DNA of 64,000 bases, taken from NCBI RefSeq assembly GCF_000143415.4, contig NW_003314397.1:278515-342514 (forward strand). The letters run 5' to 3'. Position 1 is the stretch's first letter, and each line of letters begins with the position of its first letter. The translations under genes were made by a program, and so were the position numbers. The notes under the pieces are model-generated. The model saw nothing but the letters and a program-made list of their open reading frames with translations. It did not search any database and was not told the DNA's origin. This document shows positions 13,116 to 24,594 of the stretch, in pieces. The DNA comes from Selaginella moellendorffii. Taxonomy: Eukaryota > Plantae > Lycopodiophyta.

Positions 13116-15542
13116 GATGAGGGTTGTGTAGAAACCCCCACACAACACACTCGCTATGTCAGGAGAAAGGAGGATAACATGGTCTTCAATCTTGAGTCTA
13201 CACCTCAACAAATATTGCCACTAAGCTACACTCTTAGTGCCTATTCTAATAGAATATGAATCTTTCTCTTAGAAAGAAAAACACACACACACATAAAAGC
13301 ATAAATATGTAGACCATCCCATTATCCTTAGTTAGCATAGCAATGCCTAATTTCTTGATGCTTTGCAAAAGAAATGAGATGAATAACTTCATATATATTT
13401 CAAAATTCAAAATATATCAGTAGGACTCAGAAGTAATACAAGTGTCTGGGCCTAACAAGTTAGCAAACTGCCACATTGTAGACATGTACCCAAATATACA
13501 TTGTTTATACTAGTGCAAAACTCTCAACTCCTATAGTACACTTTATCTCTTTTCCCTTGAGCCAATTAAAAAAGGGATAATTGTTTGATGAGAAAGCTTT
13601 TAGTAGTTATTTTATCCCCATTTATTCCTTAAGATTCCAAAAATCCATAGTGACAATAAATTTAAATTTCATCCCATGATCACATGTGTTATAGCTCCTC
13701 AACCATGGAAAGAAAAATCTCAAATAAAAAATGCATATACATTAGAGAGGAATGGGCATAAATTGGTAATTTACTTACGTGTAACTGTTGCATTGTAATG
13801 CACCATAACACAATCACTACAACACTCATTATACTTAAGCTAAAAGAAAAAACCCAAGACATACACTATCAGTTTGTAATGTAACAAATTGTTACAATGA
13901 AAAAAACTACCATGCTCAATACCCTAAACACCTAAAGTTTGTTTGCCTTTGCGATCCAATTGATCAAACTTGCCACCACAATACAATCAAAATTGCACTC
14001 CAATCACACTTATCACCGCACTTTAATCACACTCGTTGCCACACTCTAATTGATTGTAATTGCTATTGTACTAGATTAGGGCACCATCTGCAAGAAATAT
14101 GATGCACAATCAATTGGTGTTTACATTAGGGCACATTACATCTCCAAGTTGTAAGAAAACACAAGAACTAAATTACAACTATGACAAATGAGCCACAATT
14201 GTAAGAAATGAGTTATAGTTGCAAGAAATAAGCTACACTTATTTTTTCTAGATTCCATAATGGTTCATCTTGTAATCATTTTATTTCATTTTGTATACTA
14301 TCTACAAATTTTATATATTTATATTCTAATAGTTTAATTTAATATAATCCATTATATCTTGTACTTTTTGTAATGATATATAAGCAAAATTTTGTGTTTT
14401 TGTTCATATCAATTATATCTGTTATTTTTATTGTTTTTTCTTCATGTAAGCCACAAATTTTCCTTTTCTAATTTGTTAGCTTACTTCATATATATCGATC
14501 ACCTTTGCATTGACATTAATTAAGTTTTCTTACCAAGGTTCTCGCCTATTGTATTAACTCCTATTTGGTCCTACTTAAATTCAATAACTCACTGCAGAAA
14601 TAATGGGGTGTTACTTATCTATCCAAGGATTTAAGTTCAGCTATACTCCCCACATACACAAGCAGCCAAACACACTAATCCTCTAAATTTCTAACATCCC
14701 TTAGTATAATAAAATTTTATTATAAAACCTTTTAAATCCTAATTTTTGGGTGCATCTCTTGTTTTAGAACTTTAGAGGGAAACACTATAACCTAACAACC
14801 TAATATAAATACCTTTATTCCTATATAATACTTAAATGGGGTATCATTCCATATGAGCCAAGAGCACTATAACTAATTTTTCTTCCGGGAGTGAAAGTTG
14901 CTTTTAAGCACTTGCTTTGGGCTTTTACCCCACAATTGTATTAGTATTTAGATTCAGTCTATATATTAAAATTATAATGCTTTGATATTTCAGCTCTCTT
15001 TTATTTTCTTACCTATATTACATTTTATATATCATATTGTGTGTAATATTTTAATTCTCATATTGCATCATTTACTAGTCCATCTAGAATATAAATTTCT
15101 ATTTATAATGCATTCCTTTAGTTTAGTATGGGCCTTTTGGCAATTTAATTGTTTTGGGACATATATTTAAGCCAGTCATGCACACAAGATTAGAGCCACC
15201 ATATTACCATTAGCAAGCTGTGAAATCTCTCTAAAAACCACTCTCTATTGTAAAGTTTATAAGAATATTATTAAACACATTTAAATGCTTCAAAGAAAGG
15301 GCAACATTCCCTTCTTTTTAACTTTGTTGTTCAACCTAAACTGTAGAGGAATATCCTGATGGATCTCTTAAATTTAGAACTTGAAGAAACTCAGCTTTGA
15401 TACCTTTCTCTGCCAACTGCAAACGTCGTGTAGGTCAATTTGAGGCGACTGAGTGGTTCCAAACCGACGGTATCACACTCGCCAGAACATTCTAATTAGC
15501 ATCCACCTGTCTTAAGCAGTTAGTTTTGAAATCCAGAAACAT

Positions 15543-17781
15543 CTACTTAGGCACACTGCGCCCAACTGACTCGAGCCGTCGCTTCTTGAAATGGGGCTGG
15601 GGCCCTTCGTCTTTCCTGCAAGTGAAAACAAAGCAAGTTAAGTGCAAAAAAGCACAAGAAACGCCATACTTACTGCACGTGAAGCTTACAGTAGCCACCC
15701 TTTTCAACCCAGTTTCTGCAAGGTGTGTAGTCGTCACGGTTTCTGCCCATGCAATAGTCCATCACTCGCGACTGCAGGATGGTAGGTTCTACCAACATGA
15801 GCCGCTGGTCAAAGTAGCCGAGATCATCGCGGACGTCAGAGAGCTTCTTGAACTGTACATCGACTATGGGGACGATTTCCTCATCTTGCTCATCAGGCGG
15901 CAAGTCAGTTTGCTTGATGTTCTCCGGCATTATATAGTAGTATCGAACCTCATACTCGCTGTAGCCGGTCATGGCCTCCTTCCAAGCAGGTAGAACCACG
16001 GACTTCCAAACTAGGTGCGACTTCTTCTTAGATTTCAGCTTCCATTTCGCAACGGAAATCTGCAAGGCGTAGAAAATCAGTGTAGTGCCGTTTCTCACCT
16101 TCACCAACAGGAGATCGATCGCTTTCTCGTTGTACGCCTTGGGAACCAGAAGTACGCCTTCTTCAAGCTCCCTATCTTGACCTTGCAAACACAGGCAGGT
16201 CTGCTTTTCCCCACCCTTGGGATACTGCATGACGTGTTTGAAGGCAGTAGTGTCATCTCCCATGAAGACTCGCCCCTGGTACTGCATTACGTCAATCAGA
16301 AGCCCTTCCATATTCCAGCCTATACGGGGGGTACGCTGGGGAGTCTGCTGCCTTATCAGATCCAGTTTAACCACGTTGACCCACTCCTTGATATCCAGTG
16401 TGGCTAAAGCGGCTTCCACCTCCCTGTATCTTGCTAAGAGCAGCCTCTTTGCCTCAACCTGCAGATAGGGGCAGAGGAAGCTAAGCTCCGTTCCTTCAGT
16501 GAAAAAACACGTCTGGTTCACGTGCTCCAGCTCGGCTTTCAAGTTTCCCTGGAGAATCAATCTAGAGGCTGCTTCCAACTCCTCCACTGTGTTCAGCTTC
16601 TTAATCAGCTCGCTCCAAAGCTTGCTGGTATATGGTAGATGAATATGTGTCAGGTACTTCTCAACATCCCACAGTGACACCTTAAAGTAGTTCAGTAGCC
16701 GTGGCATTCCTCCAGTGAGGAATTCCATGTCCTGCTGTCGTTCTATCGGTAATTTCGTTATCCCCAGCCACGTCATAAGCTCTTGATCGCTGAAAGGCCC
16801 ATCAAGCTCAAGCCTGCTTGTGATATCCACCAGCGCCTCCCTGTCGTCTGTCAGTCTGAATAGATGCTCTTTGCTGTTCACCGAAGCAACTACAACCAGC
16901 GGATGCCGTTGCCGAGCCCGTAGTATACTCTGCTTTGCCTCAGACTTTTTGGCCGCGTCTGGGTCCTCCACAGCATTCTTGACATGCAGCGACTCCCAGT
17001 CATCAACCACAAAGACCAGTTTGTCGCCGCCACTGTAACGACACCAGTTTTCCAGCTCAGGCAAGGTTTTCTCCTTGAGAATATCTAGCCAAATCTTCTC
17101 CTTCCCGTAGAATGCCAGCAGCAAGGCCCCCCGCAAGGTGGGCAGGGGCTCATGTATGTATGATTTTGCGTCCAGATAAACTATCTGCTTCAGCCCAGCC
17201 TGTTGGATGTGGCTGCAAACTGATGCAACCACTAACGTCTTCCCGGATCCCTTTGCACCCACCAGCCGCAGATAAGTCTCGCCCTCCAAGCCGCAGATGC
17301 CCTCGTAGACAGAATGGCTTATGGTCCGTCCTATGAACAAGTAGACCTGCTGCTGTCCGCAACTCCACCAAGTTTGCTCCTTGGGAGGTATTGCACCAAG
17401 CCAGAGAAGTCTGTAAGCCTCACGCTCGTTCCAGAGGTAGCTAGGGTCGTCCTTCAACGGCAGCCACCAATCGCGAAGGCATGAGCCAACCTGGACAGCT
17501 TCGCTCCAAGTAGTTACAAGGGGGACGATGCAAGCTGCACGAAAACAAGCCAGTGTAGGTGCAACAAGAGAAGAGAGCAACGAGAGCATACCTAAGTGCC
17601 TTTTGAAAGCGTATTTCCCCGGGAAACTCGAGTAATCATAGTCCCTGAGGTCCTTCAGCGTGGAAATCGTATCTTCCTCCAGCGCCTTCACGCAAGCCTC
17701 AATGGAGGAGCTCATTTGAGCTTTTGGAAATGCCCACTTCAGGTGATCGTCTATGGAGTCGTCTAGGCTCAGCATCTTCAT
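15543..17781 (-). CDS. Crinkler/CR-like effector: SAM-like header + P-loop NTPase + PD-(D/E)xK restriction-endonuclease-fold domain + CCCH finger + NLS
   Basis: Walker A LVGAKGSGKT, Walker B LVFVVDDWE, nuclease-like GWNME...VPKAYNEKAIDLLL...LQISV, and C-x10-C-x9-C-x2-H tail; predicted introns 17535-17591 and 15616-15673, the last exon adding PHFKKRRL. Confidence 0.72.
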
Positions 17782-17929
17782 CTCCCTGGCTTTGCCCTGC
17801 CCTGTTTAAGGATTTGGCTAGCCCAACCTTGCCTTTTTATGTTACTAGTGTATTTATTTGGACTGGGGATGCGTCCTTGCCAACTTTGCAGTTGGCGATT
17901 GTTCACTTGTGCAAACGCACGCTGTTGGC

Positions 17930-18910
17930 AAGCCGGTAACGAACACATGGCACATGGTGAGTGATATGGAGGATGCGTTACTATTGGCACTGTTCCTTCA
18001 AGTGGCGAGCTTCACTACTTTAAGAATGTTCGCTACTCCATGAACTTGGGTGCCGTTATGGAAACATAATCGGCAAGATATGCTGTCAAGGTCCAAGTTT
18101 ACGACTCGAGGGGGAATAACGAGTGGAGCAGGACTCGCAACAGCGTGTTCAAGGATTTCGACGTGCATGCCATGGAGTCACCAGGATGCGCTGCGCAGTG
18201 TCTGGGAGGCCGACAAGGAGAGATGTGGATGCCGGATCCTTCTTCTCGGAGAAGGGAAACAAGACGCCTCTGGTTGATGACAGCGACCACCACCAGTTTG
18301 TGGCGTGCAATGGCAAGATACTCGACTTCTGGCACTTTGACCGCATCCTGAAAGTGAGACAGCGCTGCCATTCTCGGGCGCAGGACTGGATCTCTGATGT
18401 CCCCAAGAAGTTTGCGGGGGAGGGAAACGGATATGGTTTCAGGCGTGTAATGTTGTGGACGGAGTGGTGGTGCTGGAACTCCCTTACAACGTCGATGAAG
18501 AAGAGGCAGAGGAAGAGGAGGAGGAAGATCAGGAAGAGAAGAGCAAGCAAGAGGGAGGGGCAAACACGGTTCCAGATGAGAAGCAGGAGGAAGAAGAGGA
18601 AGTTGGCGATGACAGGATTTTGGTACCAGTGTATAACTCAGAGTGGCAGAAACTACCATATATAACGAGCATGCGTGTGAAGCTGTTTACTTCAGGCCTA
18701 ACAACACCATCTGCTTGATAGATGAAGAAGCTAAGAACTTGAAGCGAAAAAAGATGGCATGAACTCGAATTTACATTGTTTGATGTTTTTTTAGAATCAA
18801 TATCTATGGCTTCAGACGGATGCCTATCTTGCCAAAATTGAGCTTGTCAATGGCAGACGATTTTTATTGATTGACTTACATTGACTTCTGTGAATTGAAA
18901 GACGCAGTCA
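17930..18910 (+). pseudogene. Frameshifted relic, possibly the C-terminal region of an F-box-associated protein; copy 1 of a local duplication
   Basis: HHQFVACNGKILDF and DRILVPVYNSEWQKLP lie in different frames; homologous to 19325-19885. Family assignment is tentative. Confidence 0.45.
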
Positions 18911-19324
18911 CCGTTCACCGGACAGATTGAGGAAATGATGCTCTTAATCATCTCATGTTGTGCTCTAGGTCAAAGAAGGAATGGAGAGCAAGCAAAAGTT
19001 CGTACACCTTCAATATATCAGTGTTAGATTCGAGAGGATCAATATCCAAATCCTCATGAGAGAGTGCATGGAATTGATTGGCCTAGATGCAGAACTCCTT
19101 GATCCCGTTGTGTTTGGTTGGAGCTATAAGCTTTTAAATGCAAGTCAGCAGCCACGAGATTTGAACCGGAAAAGAGGAAAGTTAAAAACTAAGAAAAGTT
19201 GTGGAGAGTTTAGAGCTAGAGATCCATCATCACATTGCAATTCTAGCCCCTTACACGGGAGTGGCAGTCCGAACTTTAGGTTTATCATTTCTGGAAGCAC
19301 AAGATCTCTACCAAGGGAAAGTAC

Positions 19325-19885
19325 GCGTAACGAACACGTGGCACATGGTAAAACCACGGTAATGGCACTGCGTCCTTCAAGACTTTCAAGATTTTAAGAT
19401 TGTTCGCTTGGGTCAGGAGTCCAGATATTATTTCCAGCAAGATCTGCTCCTTGCGCTGCGCAGTGTTTGGCAGGCCGTGGCGATGTGGACTTCTTCTCGG
19501 AGGAGTCGTCGAACGAGAGGACTTTGGGTGATGACATTGACCCTCACCATTTTGTGACCTGTAACGGCAAGATGCTCGACTTTTGAGAGCGCTCCCATTC
19601 TCGGGCGCAGTGCCGGATCCTTGAGGTCCCCAGGAAGTTTGTGGGATATGGGTTTCGGGCGTTCAATGCTGGTTCACAACGACGATGACGAGGGAGAAGT
19701 GAAAGTGGACAACGCAGACAGGATTTTGGTGGTGTATAACTCAGCAATTGAGAGGTGGCGGAAGTTACCATGCATTGACACCATCTGCTTGAAGGATGAA
19801 GAAACGAAGAACTATGAACTTTACTTACATTTGTTTAATATTGATTTTCATCTTTCCAAAATGCAAAAGAGTCGATATTTGTGAC
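19325..19885 (+). pseudogene. Second degraded copy of the same relic
   Basis: GTAACGAACACGTGGCACATGGT, HHFVTCNGKMLDF and DRILVVYNSAIERWRKLP align with copy 1; stops and deletions present. Confidence 0.5.
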
Positions 19886-19886
19886 T

Positions 19887-22538
19887 TCACACCATCTGAG
19901 TGACGCTGATCTCTCCACTCTGTGAATTGAAGGACGCATTGAGCTCTAAAGTCTCAGTGACTTGCAGTGGTGTTCGGAAAAGCTTGACACCCTGCTTCCA
20001 GCACCAGCTGCCGCCTAAAAAATGACTAGTCAGGAACAAACTCGTTGAGATGAGATCTTACTCACTTGGATTTACATGTCCCGTTGAAAGTACCAAATCT
20101 TTGTTCTCGGGATCCATCACCCAGTCCATCCACAGGACAACTCCATGGCAAAGTCCACTCTTTACAAAGGTAACCTGTGCTAAATGCCGAAAACGGTCAG
20201 TGGTGCCATGCCACCTAAAATGACTAACCTTTGCAAATACACTTAGACTGTGAATTTCCTCACGCATGTTGAACTCGAGCAGTGGAAACGGTTTTGTCAA
20301 TGACTGACCACAACACAAAATTCGAGTTAAGCCCCTTGTTTCACGTAAAAAATACAAACCTCATGTCGTCCACATTGCCATATTGAAAATGGTAAAATTG
20401 GACTGTCTTGGCCATCTGGAAGGTTTCCACATGCTCCAAGCATTGAATTAACTGAGCTGTGGTCAAACCCTTCAACGCCTTCAAGGCAACAACGGCTTTG
20501 CCACAAATCCTGTTTTTACAAAAAGTGAAATCCTTTTGACGTCTCAAAAAAACTTACAGGAAGATAACAAGCCATCCCATAGAGAATTCCAAGGCAAGGA
20601 ACTATAATAGGATTCTCTGATAGCAACGGACTTAGCGTCGTTCTCTCGTACCTGGAATCTCACTGCTTTAAACGACTTCCAACTCATAAGAAAACGAAAA
20701 CTAACCAAAACCGCAGCTGCTTCCACGGCAACGCATGCTCGTACGTGGCATAATAAGGCTCTGCTAAAAGAACATCCACCTGTTGCGAAAAGAAAGAAAC
20801 CCGTCAATATCCAATGGACTTGCAAGACTGTATACTTTATGTCCCTTGAAATCGTCCCTGGTGAGATGCTTGACATCTTTGTGTATTATAGACAACTTGC
20901 TCGCGACGCTCGCCAAGTACTTCAAGCCATCTCTTCTACAGCCTGGGAACAACCCAGCCACATGGCAGGATCCATGTACTGTAGATAGAGCACACACGGC
21001 GCTCATCAGACCGTCATCCAGAATGAGACAGTTTCCAACTTCTCGCTCTCCAAGCTGGACATAAAAGAAAAAAGAAAAAAATGAGCAAGAACAGATTCAA
21101 AGGGAACTTACTTACAGCTTTCTGAATGGCAGAACGTATGATAGAACGCCTGCTACCGTCCCCAAGCATGCAACACCTTTGTGGGCTCAGCTTGAAACCA
21201 GACGCAAAACTATTGCAGCGTCCACCACCATTGATGTCATACCGCACTGAGGTTTCATCGTGGCTGACTACGAGGCAAAGCTCTGAGTGCTGCTCCACCG
21301 AAATACCTTGTCCAGGAAGAAACCAGACACATTGTTTCCAATGGTCACACCAATCACTTGCTCCTGAGAATTACCCTCTTAGAAGGAGCTACTAAAAGAA
21401 TCAAACAGGAAAACAAACCTTTGACCCAACGAGGAGCAGTTGAGTAGCAAATCAAGCCATCTTTGTCAAGCTGCAGCACCCACCTTGTCAAGTTCAATCA
21501 GAGAGGAAAGCGAAAGCGAATCTGAGCAAGTTTCGTACCATGAAACTATTGCGTGAGCAGTCCCAGACATGTTGACATGCACGGCTCGAGTAAATTGTCC
21601 ACACACATCTGGAGCTCTATAAAAGTCAAGAGTGAAAGCTTCAAACGGCTCAGAAAGCTGCAACACCACGGGTTTTTGGTAACTTGTAAGAGAACTCTAC
21701 TAAATTACCAGCTTGATACCGGGGATTTCATCTACGTGAAACGCATGTTGTCTGTGCTTGAAATAAGAGTAGAAATCCTCGGGAGAAAAAGCCATTCCGT
21801 CCTGCAGCTGAGCTTCTACTCCTTGAAGGTCGTGAAATCTCCACAGAAAGTCGCACTCGACCAGCTAAGAAAAAGTTGTAAACTCCATCGATTGGAAAAG
21901 AGACTTTACAATACCTGCGCATACACAGTAGCTCGATATGGCACTGTTGCAGCATTAGGCTGGAGTAAATGCTTGTGAGCGTGCCTCAAGCTTGGAATTA
22001 TTCCTTCTCCAAGCAACTCCGAGTCTAAAATCTCACACACCTGGAGAGATACTTAGTAGAAGAGTCCAGCGGAAGAAGAACGTACCAATGCATCGGCTCT
22101 GCTGGAGATGTCCACCCCGACTTTGATCTCATCCGAGCGCATATGGAGCAGCTTGATCGCTCCCATCGTCCCATTGTCTCGGCAAACTTTGCGAGCCAGC
22201 TTGTACATTGGAAGAAACGATTCGCAAGCAGTCACCTGGCACTGCTTTTCCATTGCCCGCCAAGCCATCATCGACAAGAGCCCACTCCCAGCACTGCCAA
22301 GAATGCATCTATCTAGCTCAGCAAAGAAGGATCTCTAACCTTACCCAATGTCAAGGACATGGCCGTGGCGGCCGAGCTTCGCGATTGCGGAAGAGAATGC
22401 CGTGTTCCTGGCACGATCATTCAGCATATCAAGGTACAAGCTCTCCGCCAAAGCATCGCTCGCATCGCCATCGTCTCCATCGCTGACGAGAATCCATTCG
22501 CTCTCGCCCGTGAGCGCATTCACGCGCTGCTGGAGCAT
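19887..22538 (-). CDS. PRMT7: Protein arginine N-methyltransferase 7 (tandem PRMT modules)
   Basis: NALTGESEW, YLDMLNDRARNTAF, HVLDIG|AGSGLLSMMA, VCEILDSELLGEG, DWCDHWKQCVWF, CHGVVLWMDW and WKQGVKL; many short GT-AG introns. Confidence 0.93.
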
Positions 22539-22547
22539 TCCCTCGCT

Positions 22548-22557
22548 AAAACCCTAA
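22548..22557 (+). promoter_or_regulatory. Telo-box (AAACCCTAA) in the 37-bp gap between the PRMT7 and PPR start codons
   Basis: AAAACCCTAAA seen directly; similar telo-boxes at about 35055 and 35262 between PECT1 and SAE2. Confidence 0.5.
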
Positions 22558-22575
22558 ACTCAAGATAGTAAATGA

Positions 22576-24549
22576 ATGAATCACTACAAAACTAGGAGGC
22601 AGGAGTGCTTGGAGTTCATCCAAAGCTCTGCAACTCCCTCTCAAGCGCTCCAAGCTCACTCCAGGATCCAATCCATCCTCAAAGATCCGAGCAACGACAT
22701 CTTCCTTTGCAACAAGCTGATCGAGATGTATGGGAGGTGTTCTAGTGTCTCTAATGCCCGCCGCGTCTTTGACTCGCTCCACAGGAAAGATTCCTTCTCC
22801 TGGGATCTCCTGCTCATTGCCTACGTGCGGAACGGGCTTTTGGAGGAAGCCCAGAGAATCTTTGCGACAATGCCTCACAAGAGCGTCATTCCTTGGAATG
22901 TGCTCTTGGCTGGATATGCCCGAACTGGGCATATGAAAGAGTGTGTGGAGATGTTCGAGGGAATGCCCGCTAGAAACGAGGTGACGTACACAACGATGAT
23001 CAGCATGTATGCCCAGAGTGGAGAGGTAGAGTCTGCGATTGAGATCTTTGAGAAAATGCCAGAGAGAGACATTGTTTCGTGGAATGCCATGATCAGTGCA
23101 TGCTCTGAGAATGGACGCCTGGATCTCTCCCAGCAGCTGTTTGGCAGCATTCCTTTGCGGAATGTGGCGACGTGGAATGGGATGCTCGCAGCATATGCCC
23201 GAGCCGGTCGTCTAGAGGAATCTGCAAACTTCCTTGAAGAGATGCCAGAAAGGAACCTGGTTTCATGGACAACAATCATGGCACTGTATGCCCAAGAAGG
23301 GTATTTACAGGAATCTGAGCTTATCTTTCTGGAGGCCCCTCAGATCGACATCGTGTGCTGGAATGTAATGCTTGTTGCACATGCCCAAAACAAGCAAGGG
23401 CATCGTTGTTTGGAGATTTTCGACAGCATGCCTGAATGGGATCTTGTGTCGTGGAATGCCCTGATTTATGGTTTGGGCGAGGCAGGCAATACAGTCGGGT
23501 CACAAGAGATGTTTAGAAAGATGTCACAGCGCAACCTTGCCTCGTATAATGCCATTTTAGCAGTATATGCCCAGTCACGGCATCTTGAAGAAGCTAAAGA
23601 GATTTTCAAAGACATGCCATATCACAACGTCTTATCGTCCAACACAATGATTGCTGCATTCTCAGAAAGCGGCCTGGTTGAATCTGCCATGCTTGTGTTT
23701 ACCAAAATGGCTTTCAGGGACATTGTATCCTGGAACTCAATGCTTGCGGCATATGCCTGCCACAATTGCATAGAGGAGTCTACGTGCTTGTTTGAAGAGA
23801 TGCCACAGCGCGACCTCGTCTCGTGGACCACAATGCTACTCTTGAAAAGCAAGAGCGGGGTGTATGAAATGGTGGAGATGGAGCAACACTTCAACTCCAT
23901 GCCAGAGCAGGATCTGCTGTCATGGAACACAATGCTTTCAGCATACTCTCATCATGGGCATCTGGCCAAGGCCATTAGGATGTTTGTAAGTGTCCCCCAA
24001 CACGAATCAGCTACATGGAATACCCTGTTGACAGCATATGCCGTGAATGGGCATTTGGACAGAGCTTTGAAGCTGCTGGCCCAGATTCCCGAGCCTGACC
24101 TGATTTCATATGCTGCGATGCTGGCAGCCCTAGCTCATGCGGGTAGATCACTTGAGGCATTGGAACTGTTTGATTCGCTCAAGATGCTCCACCTCCCCGA
24201 CTTGACGTGCTTTGTTTTGGGTCTTGTGGCGTGCAGCCATACTGGAAACGTGAGGCGAGGAAGGCAGTGCTTTGCTTCAGTTGTAGCAGACTATGGCATG
24301 GAGCCAAGCAAGCAGCACTATAGATGCTTTGTGGATCTGTTGGGCCGGTCAGGACACCTGAACGAGGCAGAAGAGCTCATTGCAAACATGCCATACTTTC
24401 CAGATGTTTTGGAGTGGACTAGCTTGCTTGGGGCGTGCAAAAGCCATAGAGTCTTACAGAATGGTGGACGTGCAGCAAATATGGTATTGAGTATGAATCC
24501 AAACGAGGGAGGAGCATACGTATTGCTGTCTACACTTGTCAACCGGTAA
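22576..24549 (+). CDS. PLS-class pentatricopeptide repeat protein with E domains and no DYW, intronless; candidate organellar RNA-editing factor
   Basis: A long array of ~31-aa repeats (MPERDIVSWNAMI...), then HYRCFVDLLGRSGHLNEAEELIANMP...WTSLLGACKSH...AYVLLS E-type tail. Confidence 0.93.
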   Translation: MNHYKTRRQECLEFIQSSATPSQALQAHSRIQSILKDPSNDIFLCNKLIEMYGRCSSVSNARRVFDSLHRKDSFSWDLLLIAYVRNGLLEEAQRIFATMPHKSVIPWNVLLAGYARTGHMKECVEMFEGMPARNEVTYTTMISMYAQSGEVESAIEIFEKMPERDIVSWNAMISACSENGRLDLSQQLFGSIPLRNVATWNGMLAAYARAGRLEESANFLEEMPERNLVSWTTIMALYAQEGYLQESELIFLEAPQIDIVCWNVMLVAHAQNKQGHRCLEIFDSMPEWDLVSWNALIYGLGEAGNTVGSQEMFRKMSQRNLASYNAILAVYAQSRHLEEAKEIFKDMPYHNVLSSNTMIAAFSESGLVESAMLVFTKMAFRDIVSWNSMLAAYACHNCIEESTCLFEEMPQRDLVSWTTMLLLKSKSGVYEMVEMEQHFNSMPEQDLLSWNTMLSAYSHHGHLAKAIRMFVSVPQHESATWNTLLTAYAVNGHLDRALKLLAQIPEPDLISYAAMLAALAHAGRSLEALELFDSLKMLHLPDLTCFVLGLVACSHTGNVRRGRQCFASVVADYGMEPSKQHYRCFVDLLGRSGHLNEAEELIANMPYFPDVLEWTSLLGACKSHRVLQNGGRAANMVLSMNPNEGGAYVLLSTLVNR

Positions 24550-24594
24550 AAGAAGCCCATATGTACATAGTTAATCATCGTACAGGTAGTGTCT

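Noticed and set aside
18981-19397. 138-aa ORF between the duplicated relics
   Set aside because: Possibly a captured repeat fragment, but no motif that I can support from sequence alone.
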